From NCBI GenBank assembly GCA_963717435.1, contig OY970332.1, positions 1,056,001 to 1,120,000 of the forward strand: a DNA stretch of 64,000 bases, read 5' to 3'. Position 1 is the stretch's first letter, and every line of letters begins with the position of its first letter. Origin of the DNA: an uncultured bacterium. GTDB taxonomy: Bacteria > Babelota > Babeliae > Babelales > Babelaceae. Of the stretch, positions 19,290 to 28,913 are shown in pieces. The translations under genes and the position numbers were made by a program. Under the pieces are notes generated by a model. It worked only from the letters and a program-made list of their open reading frames with translations, ran no database searches and was not told the DNA's origin.

Positions 19290-21057
19290 ATGTCAAAGAC
19301 TAGATATCTTGCAATAATATTGTTGGGGTCATTCACTTATAATTTAAATATAATATCTGCAGAGCCAAAAAAGAAAACTGAAAGCTATGAGCAGCTTACA
19401 GAAATGCTTGAATATATGTCACGCAAAGTATTTTTCGATAGGCCAATTTCAGAGTGGTCAAAAACGGAATATGAAAATAACGATAAAAGTAAAAGTTTGA
19501 TTAACAAGCTGGAAGCAACTAATGGACAAAATCGGTGATTTTATAACAGAATCAGGCTCACGCGATCTCCCGCCCATTTATAACAGATATTTTAAGCCAA
19601 GATATTTTGGTAACCAAAGGACATGGACCTTTGTAGGCGACAGGTCTAACGACATATTTTCTGATATTTTTTCCGAAATGGAATTATACAATCATTTAAA
19701 AGGCGGCAAAAAAATAGAAAAAATAGAGGAAATCGTTCGAAAAATTAACAGTTCTAATAACTCCATAAAAAAAGAAATCAAAGACGTGACAACTTGGTTT
19801 GACGCAAAAACAAAAGCTAAAGATCTACTAACGCAATTAACAATAATATTAGACAAAATATACAAAGAACTTAAACCCTTAATCCCACCAAAATTACCTG
19901 CTGAAAGCACATCTCAAAAGTTACTTGAACCCTCAACCAAACCCGAATTACCTGCTGAAAGCACATCTCAAAAGTTACTTGAACCCTCAACCAAACCCGA
20001 ATTACCTGCTGAAAGCACATCTCAAAAGTTACTTGAACCCTCAACCAAACCCGAATTACCTGCTGAAAGCACATCTCAAAAGTTACCTGTCGGAGTTATG
20101 CAAGAAATCGCCAAAGCTTCGATAGAAACAAATATAAAAAACGCTATAGACAACCCTAACGTGACCCAAGCTGCAATTTTCAGCGAAACAGATAATATGT
20201 TCAAAGCAGGTGGAGATTCAACCAGAGCTATTTTAAATTTAATAAACACAGAGGGCAACAAGAGGAAACAAAAAAATTATCATTATGGCAATTTCAAACA
20301 TGATATTATTGAAGATTTAATAAAAAAACGTTTGAAAAACACAAATCCTAGTCGTGATGACAAAATTAAAGAGGCAAGAAAATTGGATGCAAAAGTCTGG
20401 CTAAAACTAGAAAGCGTGCCAGAAAAAAAACCGCTGTCAAGCGAAGAAATGGCAGCCTTAATAAGGGAAATTGCAATATTCAATAATGAAACCCTAGACG
20501 CAATTGATAAAGTTACACAAAAAATAATTGATCACCTTAGACAAGAAGTAAAAGAAAATCTAAGACTTGGTGCAAATTTAAATGGGGGCTCCACCCCACC
20601 ATTCTTCTATATAACACTAATAAAAAATACAAATGAACAGTTAGAGTTCACAAAATTTATTATAAAGAACTCAAAAGTGCCTATAAATATAAGTTCTAAA
20701 ACCGGTTATGAGCAAAATACGATATTGCATTTATTGGGTCTAAAAATTAACCTATTTGATAACACTGAGTCTTGGGATAAGTTTGAATTGGCAAAATTTT
20801 ATCTAGATAATTTTAAAAATATAAAATTTAATATTGGAAACAGAGATGGATTGACGGTACTAGATTGTTTTACATTTTTAAAAAAAGAAATTATTAAAGA
20901 ACACTTTGAAAGCAAATTTCTTTTTGATAACAATGTTAATGATTATAACGAAAAGGGCCAAAAATTTATTTTGGAGATTTATAATAAAGGTGCGCGATTT
21001 AATGTAAATAAAGATGGGGATAAGTTAATTAACGCTCTAAAGAAGAAATATAAATAA
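19290..21057 (+). CDS. Secreted protein with degenerate C-terminal ankyrin-like repeats, copy 1; frameshifted at ~19506
   Basis: One extra A (AAC aAGC TGG) relative to the intact paralog 21462-23141. Confidence 0.75.
19892..20086 (+). repeat. 54-bp coding tandem repeat, ~3.6 copies (LPAESTSQKLLEPSTKPE)
   Basis: Exact copies starting 19892, 19946, 20000, 20054. Confidence 0.95.
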
Positions 21058-21090
21058 TAATATAATCTCCAAGCTGAAAATATATAACTT

Positions 21091-21330
21091 TCAGTTTGGA
21101 GACTCTACTGTTAAATTTATTAAATTAGCTTCTAGACTAAACACAATTTTATTATCGGCTTTGTTAATTAATTCTGCTTTAATAAGCACAGTTTTGTCAG
21201 ATTTTTGCCACGATATTTTGCCGTAATATAAGCCGGATTTATCAAAATCGGGCCAGTTTTTGAATACTTTAAAATCAGAGTCTTTAAGTAATAAATAATT
21301 TGATTTATAAAAAATAACCCCATAATCAAG
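21091..21330 (-). pseudogene. Duplicated 3' fragment of gene 23177-23557
   Basis: Near-identical to 23177-23416; lacks the 5' end. Confidence 0.85.
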
Positions 21331-21422
21331 ATAACCTAATAAACCCTGTCGATCAAAAAATATGTATCTAAAATATATGGCTCTTGAATTTTAATTTTTG
21401 TATCAAGTAAGCTTTAACAGTA

Positions 21423-21445
21423 ATATATATATATATATATATATA
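21423..21445. repeat. (AT)~11 microsatellite upstream of RBS
   Basis: atatatatatatatatatatata; absent from the paralogous promoter. Confidence 0.9.
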
Positions 21446-21461
21446 ATAAATCGAGGGGATT

Positions 21462-23141
21462 ATGTTAAAGATTAACTATCTTGCAATAATATTATCAGGG
21501 GCATTCACTTACAATTTAAATATAATATCTGCAGAGCCAAAAAATAAAACTGAACACTATATCTATCTTACGGAAAAGCTTGAAGATATGTCACACAAAG
21601 TATTTTTTGATAGACCAATTTCAAAGTGGTCAAAAACGGAATATGAAAATAACGATAAAAGTAAAACTTTGGTTAACAGCTGGAATCAACTAATGGAAAA
21701 AATCGGTGATTTTATAACAGAATCAGGCTCACGCGATCTCCCGCCCATTTATAACAAATATTTTAAGCCAAGATATTTTGGTAACAAAAGGTCGACGCCA
21801 TGGACCTTTGTAAGCGATAGGTCTAACGACATATTTTCTGATATTTTTTCCCAAATAGCATTATACAACCATTTAAATGGGGAAAAAGAAAAAGAAAAAA
21901 GATTAGAAGCCGACAAAAAAATAGAGGAAATCGCTAAAGAAATTAATAGTTCTAATAAATCTATAAAAAAAGAACTCGAAGACGTGACAACTTGGTTTGA
22001 CGCAAAAACAAAAGCTAAAGATCTACTAACGCAATTAACAATAATATTAGACAAAATATACAAAGAACTTGAACCCTTAACCAAATCCGAATTGCCTACT
22101 GAAAGCATTCCTGAAAATTTACCTATCGGAACTATGCAAGAAATCGCCAAAGCTTCGATAGAAACAAATATAAAAAACGCTATAGACAACCCTAACGTGA
22201 CCCAAGCTGCAATTTTCAGCGAAACAGATAATATGTTCAAAGCAGGTGGAGATTCAACCAGAGCTATTTTATATTTAATAAAAACAGAGGGCAACAAGAG
22301 GAAACAAAAAGATTATCATTATGGCAATTTCAAACATGATATTATTGAAGATTTAATAAAAAAACGTTTAAAAAACACAAATCCTAGTCGTTATGACAAA
22401 ATTAAAGAGGCAAAAAAATTGAAAGCAACAGTCTGGCTAAAACTAGAAAATGCTGAAGAAGAACCGCTGTCAACTGGCGGAATGGTAGAATTATTAATTC
22501 ACATTGCAAGTGCATTAAATAATGAGAAACATCAAGCGTACATTGATTACCTTAGACAAAGAATAGCAGAAAATCTAAAACTTGGTGCAAATTTAAATGA
22601 TCTTATAAAACGTGAATCCGAGTCTATCTGGTCTTCTTATAGGGGTGAAGACTCCGCTCCAGCCTTCTTCTACATAACAAAAATAAAAAATACAAAAGAA
22701 CAGTTGGACTTCACAAAATTTATTATAAAGAACTCAAAAGTGCCTATAAATATAAATGCTACAGACAGCAAGGGCGATACGATATTGCATTTATTGGGTA
22801 AAAAAATTAGCTTATTTTCTAGTCGTGGTCAGATAAGGCATGATTTTAACGATACTGAGCCTTGGGATAATTTTGAATTGGCAAAATTTTATCTAGATAA
22901 TTTTAAAAATATAAAATTGAATATGCTAAACAAAAGTGGGTATACAGTACTGGATTGTTTCACATTTTTAAAATCAGAAACCGGAGAGAGTTTTTACACA
23001 CGGTTTTTTTCTAACGATGTTAATGATTATAGCAAAGAGGGCCAAAAATTTATTTTGGATATTTATAATAAAGGTGCGAGATTCAATTTAAATAAAGATG
23101 GCGATAAGTTGATTAAAGCTCTAAAGAAGAAATATAAATAA
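21462..23141 (+). CDS. Secreted protein with degenerate ankyrin-like repeats, copy 2
   Basis: Signal peptide; INATDSKGDTILHLL, NMLNKSGYTVLD. Confidence 0.8.
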   Translation: MLKINYLAIILSGAFTYNLNIISAEPKNKTEHYIYLTEKLEDMSHKVFFDRPISKWSKTEYENNDKSKTLVNSWNQLMEKIGDFITESGSRDLPPIYNKYFKPRYFGNKRSTPWTFVSDRSNDIFSDIFSQIALYNHLNGEKEKEKRLEADKKIEEIAKEINSSNKSIKKELEDVTTWFDAKTKAKDLLTQLTIILDKIYKELEPLTKSELPTESIPENLPIGTMQEIAKASIETNIKNAIDNPNVTQAAIFSETDNMFKAGGDSTRAILYLIKTEGNKRKQKDYHYGNFKHDIIEDLIKKRLKNTNPSRYDKIKEAKKLKATVWLKLENAEEEPLSTGGMVELLIHIASALNNEKHQAYIDYLRQRIAENLKLGANLNDLIKRESESIWSSYRGEDSAPAFFYITKIKNTKEQLDFTKFIIKNSKVPININATDSKGDTILHLLGKKISLFSSRGQIRHDFNDTEPWDNFELAKFYLDNFKNIKLNMLNKSGYTVLDCFTFLKSETGESFYTRFFSNDVNDYSKEGQKFILDIYNKGARFNLNKDGDKLIKALKKKYK

Positions 23142-23151
23142 AAACAGACAG

Positions 23152-23188
23152 TCTCCAAGCTGAAAATATATAACTTTCAGTTTGGAGA
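23152..23188. terminator. Hairpin between convergent genes (also copied at 21066-21102)
   Basis: tctccaagctgaaa...tttcagtttggaga. Confidence 0.6.
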
Positions 23189-23557
23189 CTCTACTGTTAA
23201 ATTTATTAAATTAGCTTCTAGACTAAACACAATTTTATTATCGGCTTTGTTAATTAATTCTGCTTTAATAAGCACAGTTTTTTCGGTTTTTTGCCACGAT
23301 ATTTTGCCGTAATATAAGCCGGATTTATCAAAATCGGGCCAGTTTTTGAATACTTTAAAATCAGAATCTTTAAGTAATAAATAATTTGATTTATAAAAAA
23401 TAACCCCATAATCAAGAAGAGCTTCGCATAGATAATATTTCTGTTCATGTCTCTGCTTTAAAATCACAGAGTCCATAAAATTACTACTGTGGTTCCACAT
23501 AATCATGCAGTAACTTGAAAGTAGCATAAAGACAGAAAATATTATAAAAAAGTTCAT
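23177..23557 (-). CDS. Small membrane-anchored protein, possible minor pseudopilin
   Basis: Hydrophobic N-terminus; last in a run with two prepilin-like genes. Confidence 0.55.
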   Translation of the reverse strand: MNFFIIFSVFMLLSSYCMIMWNHSSNFMDSVILKQRHEQKYYLCEALLDYGVIFYKSNYLLLKDSDFKVFKNWPDFDKSGLYYGKISWQKTEKTVLIKAELINKADNKIVFSLEANLINLTVESPN

Positions 23558-23578
23558 AATTTTATTACCAAGTTAATT

Positions 23579-23660
23579 ACCATCCCTCGATACATTTTTT
23601 CTTCGAAAAAACACTCGGGATGAGCGGGCATCTTGGCGAAGACGGGACGAGCGGGGTATA
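23579..23660 (-). repeat. Structured palindromic repeat plus partial second copy
   Basis: ccatccctcgataca-ttttttcttcgaaaaaa-cactcgggatgagcggg, then tcttggcgaagacgggacgagcggggtata. Confidence 0.9.
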
Positions 23661-23684
23661 ATACTATCTTTCTTATTAAATTTG

Positions 23685-24227
23685 TTAAAATTTAACAAAT
23701 CTTTTGCAATACAAATTAATATTATCTTTATCTTGTAATATTAAATCAGCGCCAATAATATTTCCTGACACAAAATCTATTACCGGCGTCAATTCAAGTT
23801 CGCAGTTGTTTAATAATATAGAGTAACCTGCATGATCTGAGATATTTTCTCCGGACCAAGAATTATTTTGCAAGTTATATTTGCCCGTTTTTTTAAATAA
23901 TCTGTTTTTATTATCGACATAAAAGCCAATATCCCAGCTATTATTATTAATGCTACTACTATTATTATTAATATTTTTTTCTTGAGCAAAAACAAAACTT
24001 GATTTATCCAGTTTCTTCCAAAATTTTTTCTTGTTCGGCGCTTGTTGCAAAAAAGAGACAACAAAGTCATGGGCCCTGTAGACTTCAAAATATCTATCAA
24101 CAAATTTTATATTTCTCTTGGAGTTTAAGTATATATTAGAAACAAAGCTCGCCGTTAACATGCACATCAGTGTCGCGCATGTTATGTATATAAGTGATTC
24201 GATAAGTGTAAAACCTGATTTGTTCAA
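23685..24227 (-). CDS. Prepilin-type N-terminal cleavage/methylation protein
   Basis: KSG-FTLIESLI class III signal. Confidence 0.85.
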   Translation of the reverse strand: MNKSGFTLIESLIYITCATLMCMLTASFVSNIYLNSKRNIKFVDRYFEVYRAHDFVVSFLQQAPNKKKFWKKLDKSSFVFAQEKNINNNSSSINNNSWDIGFYVDNKNRLFKKTGKYNLQNNSWSGENISDHAGYSILLNNCELELTPVIDFVSGNIIGADLILQDKDNINLYCKRFVKF

Positions 24228-24281
24228 AATTATCTCCCGATACTATCAGCATGTTTGCTTAGCTTTTACACATACCCCTAA

Positions 24282-24680
24282 TTAAGTCCCGCGACCTGAA
24301 ACAATTTCCACAAAAGTTTTTTTGCCCGAGTAAGATTCCCAGCCAACTTTAATTTCTATAAAATCAAAATTTCTATCAAACTTTTTTATATTATAATTAA
24401 CTTCAAAGTTATCTAATTTAGGTGAACTTAATGCACTAAGTTCTCCCGCACGTGCTTTATCTGCCAAAGAGCAAGCAAGCAAAAGTGCTTTGGACCTGAC
24501 AATAGATTCTCGATTAATATTAATAAGTTGGGAGTACCATGCGCATAAATAAAAGCCCAAAACACTGACAAGAAATATTGTCAAAACTAATTCGACCAGC
24601 AAAAAACCCGGTATATTATTTTTGCTAATAACACTATTTTGACCAGGGTAACCCGAAAATGTTATATTAAAAATAGACAT
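24282..24680 (-). CDS. Prepilin-like (pseudopilin) protein
   Basis: PG-FLLVELVLTIFLV. Confidence 0.75.
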   Translation of the reverse strand: MSIFNITFSGYPGQNSVISKNNIPGFLLVELVLTIFLVSVLGFYLCAWYSQLININRESIVRSKALLLACSLADKARAGELSALSSPKLDNFEVNYNIKKFDRNFDFIEIKVGWESYSGKKTFVEIVSGRGT

Positions 24681-24822
24681 AAATTTTAATTATTAATCTG
24701 TTTACAATTTAACTAAACTACTTATAACATATAATAATTATAATAGGTTATAATATCAGCCGCGCAAGAGTTGCCCGTAATAAAAAAGCAACAAAAAATT
24801 TGGTTTAAAAAGAAAGAAGAAC

Positions 24823-27369
24823 ATGAAATCTAAATTTATTTTCAAGAAAATAGTATCCGGTTCTATACTATCTCTAATATTAATAGCTTGTAATATCACA
24901 GATTTATTTTCACAGGCCACAGCGCCAACACCTGCAACTGCTGCGGACGCAAATGCAGTTCCGTTCACCCTTTCACCCGAAGACATAGAAGCATTAAAAG
25001 CTAGTTCTGCAGACAGTCCGATGGGCCCCATCACAGACAAAGATATTGAAGAGTTTGTAAGCTTTATAAATAATTTAAGTGAAGATGACATGAAAGCCCT
25101 TGAAAGTCTTGCTCAAGAGGCGGCAAAAGAAATAGAAGAAGCAGCAAAAGCCGAAAGCGCAGCTGGACAACCTCAAACGCCAGAAATAAAACCTCAAGAG
25201 GCGCCAATAAAAAAAGAAGAAAAACCTAAAATTCCTACAAATAAAGTTGACGAAGCAAAACAGATATTATCAACAACCGCAAAATACATAAACGATCTAA
25301 AACAAGAAGCTTCAAAAGAAGAGTCTGTTTCACGCAGATTAAATCCGTGGGCAAAAGATCTTAATGATCTGGTTTATTACTTAAATGCGATTAATAGTAA
25401 GAATGTTCTTGTGGGACATTTATTGAACCCAGAGTTTGAAAACTTTTATCAAAACTTAAAAAAGCTTAATAGAACTCTTGAAGAAAATATCAAAGCTTTC
25501 TCTGTTGAAGATATTATAGGGGGCCAAGAATATGAAGAAGAGGACCCTTATGAAATTCTTGGAGTTGAACAGACTGCAACGGCACAAGATATCGAAGACG
25601 CTTTTAACAAAATTAAGCTATCAAAAGATCCGAAAAAAATTGAAGAAAAATTGAAAGCAGAAAAAGTTGATGCGAAAGAGATCAAGCGAAAACTAAAAGA
25701 AGCAAAGCTTTCTTTTAACTTAATAGAATCTGCTTACGAAAAGTTAAAAAATCCAAAATCTAGGGCCCAAATCGATAAAGAAATAGAATCTAAGCAGTCT
25801 TCTGGTTTGAGCAAAAAAGAGATATCAAAACGGGCATTTTCAAAAATCTTAGACAGTTTCGGGACAGCTTTTTATGACAACAAGATTTTACAAGATTGTG
25901 TTGCGTTACTTAAAAAATATGACCCGATAGCGCTGGAGACAAAAAAAGAGCTTGATAAAGCTGAAGAAGCTGCAAAAAAAGCCAAACAAGAAGCAGCAAA
26001 GAGCAAAGTAGGCAAATCACCTGGTCGCTTTTCTGATTATGGCGCAGGTATATCTTATGGAGGCGGCGGAACTGATTATGGAGCTGGTAGAAACTACCCG
26101 TCAGGCGGCGGCTACGATTCAGATTACGGCAACAGATACGGGAGCGATTATGGAAATTGGGGCGACCAGGGTAAATTAAAAGAAAAACAAGTTGGCAGCA
26201 TCTCAAAAGGTGGAAAGCCAGGAGAAAAAGAAGAAAAAGAGAAAAAACTAACAGATAAAAACAAAAAAGAAGAGATGTCCAAGATTCCGGGCGAACAACC
26301 AGAAAAAGCTGAAAAGAAAATCGACCCAATAAAATTGATGCAAGAAATAGATGCAAATTTAAATCTGGTGAACACGCAACTTGAGAATAATCCGCAAATA
26401 GTAAAAATGCTTTCAATAACACACGAAGTGCATCCAGCTCCAGGTAGTGAACCAGAAAAAGTATTTAGAAGATCTATGCCATTAGGTACACTAAGAGAAG
26501 CAAATATCGTTAAATGGGCAAATGAACCGAAAAAACTATCTGAGCATCAGGGAGATATAGATTATCTTGATAAATGGCAGAAGAACATGCAGTTTGATAA
26601 GTTAATCGAGAAAACAAACAGTCTTGAAGAGCTTATAAAAAAGGCAGTTGAAAAAGACCCTAAAGCTAAAAAGAATCTTGCAAAAGAGTTTAATAATAGT
26701 CTTTCAAACAAACTTTCTGGTCCTGTATCAGATATTTTATTTACCGTAAAAAATGTTTCGGGAGATATAAAGCCCGTTAAAAACTTATTAAAAAATATTG
26801 AATCGATTTATGACAACTTACATGATATAAGAAGTTTATTGTCTGGAGAAAAAGAGGTACTTCAAGATATAAAAGATGTTGCGAAATTATTGGTCCAAAT
26901 AGTTGATATTTCAAAATCTGCCCAAGTTTTAGATGCACAAATAAAGGGCTCGCAAGAAGAAGGTCAGGGTGAAGAAGAAAGTGAAGAAGCCGGTCAAGAA
27001 GAAATAGCAGAAGAAAAACCTGAAAAAACTATAAAGAAATCAGTTGATCCACAACTACAAAAAAATCTTGATAGCATACTAAAAAATCTTGAAGGCGACA
27101 GAGTTTTCTTGTCTATAATTTTAAAGAGCATAGATAGAATAGCTAATCAAATCAAAGATGCGTCAGCTGACGAAAAGCAAGCGTATAAAGCAGAATGGGA
27201 AAACGAAAATAATCCTAATTCTATAGCATCAGAAATAGGAGACGTAAAAAAGCTATTTGAAATCTTGCAAAATAACGCGACCCAAGATGGAGCAATTAGA
27301 AGAAATACTAGTATTCTTGAAACTGTAACGAAAAAGTTAAAAGAGATAGAAAAAAATATAAATCTATAA
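24823..27369 (+). CDS. Large secreted protein with internal J-domain-like segment
   Basis: Signal peptide; DPYEILGV...AF..and FNLIESAYEKL.NP..RAQID; G/Y-rich linker. Confidence 0.75.
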   Translation: MKSKFIFKKIVSGSILSLILIACNITDLFSQATAPTPATAADANAVPFTLSPEDIEALKASSADSPMGPITDKDIEEFVSFINNLSEDDMKALESLAQEAAKEIEEAAKAESAAGQPQTPEIKPQEAPIKKEEKPKIPTNKVDEAKQILSTTAKYINDLKQEASKEESVSRRLNPWAKDLNDLVYYLNAINSKNVLVGHLLNPEFENFYQNLKKLNRTLEENIKAFSVEDIIGGQEYEEEDPYEILGVEQTATAQDIEDAFNKIKLSKDPKKIEEKLKAEKVDAKEIKRKLKEAKLSFNLIESAYEKLKNPKSRAQIDKEIESKQSSGLSKKEISKRAFSKILDSFGTAFYDNKILQDCVALLKKYDPIALETKKELDKAEEAAKKAKQEAAKSKVGKSPGRFSDYGAGISYGGGGTDYGAGRNYPSGGGYDSDYGNRYGSDYGNWGDQGKLKEKQVGSISKGGKPGEKEEKEKKLTDKNKKEEMSKIPGEQPEKAEKKIDPIKLMQEIDANLNLVNTQLENNPQIVKMLSITHEVHPAPGSEPEKVFRRSMPLGTLREANIVKWANEPKKLSEHQGDIDYLDKWQKNMQFDKLIEKTNSLEELIKKAVEKDPKAKKNLAKEFNNSLSNKLSGPVSDILFTVKNVSGDIKPVKNLLKNIESIYDNLHDIRSLLSGEKEVLQDIKDVAKLLVQIVDISKSAQVLDAQIKGSQEEGQGEEESEEAGQEEIAEEKPEKTIKKSVDPQLQKNLDSILKNLEGDRVFLSIILKSIDRIANQIKDASADEKQAYKAEWENENNPNSIASEIGDVKKLFEILQNNATQDGAIRRNTSILETVTKKLKEIEKNINL

Positions 27370-27384
27370 CCAAAAGGGACCGTA

Positions 27385-27936
27385 ATGGCAAGCAAAGTAC
27401 ACGTAAGTGAGTTTATAGAAAAGTTGTTAGAGATTCTTGTAAAACAAAAATCTTTATCAGAAACGCAAGCTGCTGACCTAAAAAAAGGCTTCAGGGAAAG
27501 TTCTCCCCCAGATTTTGAAGCATATCTTTTAGATTCTGCGCAAGTAAGTAAAGCGTCGCTATTAAAAGCTTTAGGTAGCTATTACAAGTTGCCCGCTTTT
27601 GATGTCAGCGGATATTTATTTGACCATGATCTTGTAAAAGAACTTCCAAAAGATGTGATGCTCAGAAACAGTTGTGTCCCGGTTGAGGTTGATCAAGATA
27701 TATTGGTGGTTGTTGCAAACGAACCTAGCGACGATCTTGCAGTTACACTTGAAAGCTACTTAAAAAACGACATACAATTTAATGTTGGCTTATATCAAGA
27801 CATAAAAAACGCCATCGAAGAGTTTTATGATGAGGCGATAACAGAAGAGCCATCAGAGGACCCATATTATCGCGTTGAAGAAGAAGATGAGCGTATAGAA
27901 AAAATTCTTGATACAGAAGACAAGCGAGATTTGTAA
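27385..27936 (+). CDS. Stand-alone GspE/PilB N-terminal domain-like protein
   Basis: L.EILV....LS..Q, LL.AL..YY.LP, LPKDV......VP, LVVV..P; near pseudopilin genes. Confidence 0.65.
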   Translation: MASKVHVSEFIEKLLEILVKQKSLSETQAADLKKGFRESSPPDFEAYLLDSAQVSKASLLKALGSYYKLPAFDVSGYLFDHDLVKELPKDVMLRNSCVPVEVDQDILVVVANEPSDDLAVTLESYLKNDIQFNVGLYQDIKNAIEEFYDEAITEEPSEDPYYRVEEEDERIEKILDTEDKRDL

Positions 27937-27942
27937 ATTTAA

Positions 27943-28866
27943 TTAAATAATAACGCAGTCATCTTCGTCGTCGCCATATGGCCAAGCTTTGCCCACAGTT
28001 ACCCGGTGGTTCAAGATTAGATTGGCAATGTCATCTTTGCCCAAACTTTTGGCCAGGCTATATAATCTTTGTTTTGTAAAATAAGAAGAATCAGAAGATT
28101 CGTAAAATTTAAAGAGCAGCTCAAATATTTCTTTGTCCCAATATTTTATGGCCCAAAAAAGTGCGTTCCAATTGTATTCATCTTCAGATTCGTTGCCAGA
28201 CTTATCAAACGTATTTATTAAAAAACCCCGAGTGAAATTATCTGCGCAAGATTCTAATATTAAGTTTAAAAAATCTATGCACAGCTTTTTGGCGTTTGGT
28301 CTTTTGTTTGGACCATACTTTAGAGCTATGCAAATAACACTCTCATGATACTTATTCAAAAAAATAAAATGCGCGTTATGTTTCAACAAGCATCTGGCAG
28401 CCTCTAACTTAAGGTTGCAGGCTGCGTAATGCATCGGCAAATTCAGATCACTGTCCCGAACATTTAAAAAATTTGATATATCTTGGGGGTTTTTATTAAC
28501 GCAATTTGCGGCCAGCCAGTTTGCGCAATTATACTGCGCGGCCAGATGCACCGCAGTTACGCTACTATCTGTATTTGGTTTTCGAAGAGATTTGGGAAAA
28601 TCAGGAGCGCCTCCTGCGGGATTTTGCAAATATTCTTGAGATAATTGTTCAATATCTTGTGTCCCGTTAACGGCCCCTATAGAATTAGTGCTTGAAGCTG
28701 AACTATTGCCATCAAGTATATCCAACTCGTGTTCTTCTTGATCAGCGCCAGTGTTATCGTAAAAACCCATACAGTAACTACTTTTAAAGTTTGTCAAAAA
28801 CAAAATATAAAAGATCAAAAATTTGGTAAAAATAATTGGCGTAAAAATAGCTTTTTTCAAAAACAT
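27943..28866 (-). CDS. Secreted ankyrin repeat protein with C-terminal CaaX (CVII)
   Basis: TAVHLAAQY, LPMHYAAC, NALFWAI; signal peptide; ends DDCVII. Confidence 0.8.
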   Translation of the reverse strand: MFLKKAIFTPIIFTKFLIFYILFLTNFKSSYCMGFYDNTGADQEEHELDILDGNSSASSTNSIGAVNGTQDIEQLSQEYLQNPAGGAPDFPKSLRKPNTDSSVTAVHLAAQYNCANWLAANCVNKNPQDISNFLNVRDSDLNLPMHYAACNLKLEAARCLLKHNAHFIFLNKYHESVICIALKYGPNKRPNAKKLCIDFLNLILESCADNFTRGFLINTFDKSGNESEDEYNWNALFWAIKYWDKEIFELLFKFYESSDSSYFTKQRLYSLAKSLGKDDIANLILNHRVTVGKAWPYGDDEDDCVII

Positions 28867-28885
28867 ATTTACTTCTCCAAAAAAA

Positions 28886-28906
28886 AGGACCGCAAGTTGC
28901 GGTCCT
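28886..28906 (-). terminator. Intrinsic terminator after ileS
   Basis: aggaccgcaa/ttgcggtcct followed by a U tract on the minus strand. Confidence 0.8.
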
Positions 28907-28913
28907 GATTATT

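Larger units (their letters stand above)
19148..23416 (+). repeat. Tandem duplication, units ~19148-21330 and ~21331-23416
   Basis: Both units begin ata..ctaataaaccctgtcgatcaaaaaatat, carry paralogous CDSs and end in the same ~265 bp (..ccccataatcaag). Confidence 0.9.

Noticed and set aside
19500-19540. Programmed frameshift in duplicated gene copy 1
   Set aside because: Single extra A with no slippery run; either a sequencing error or simple inactivation.
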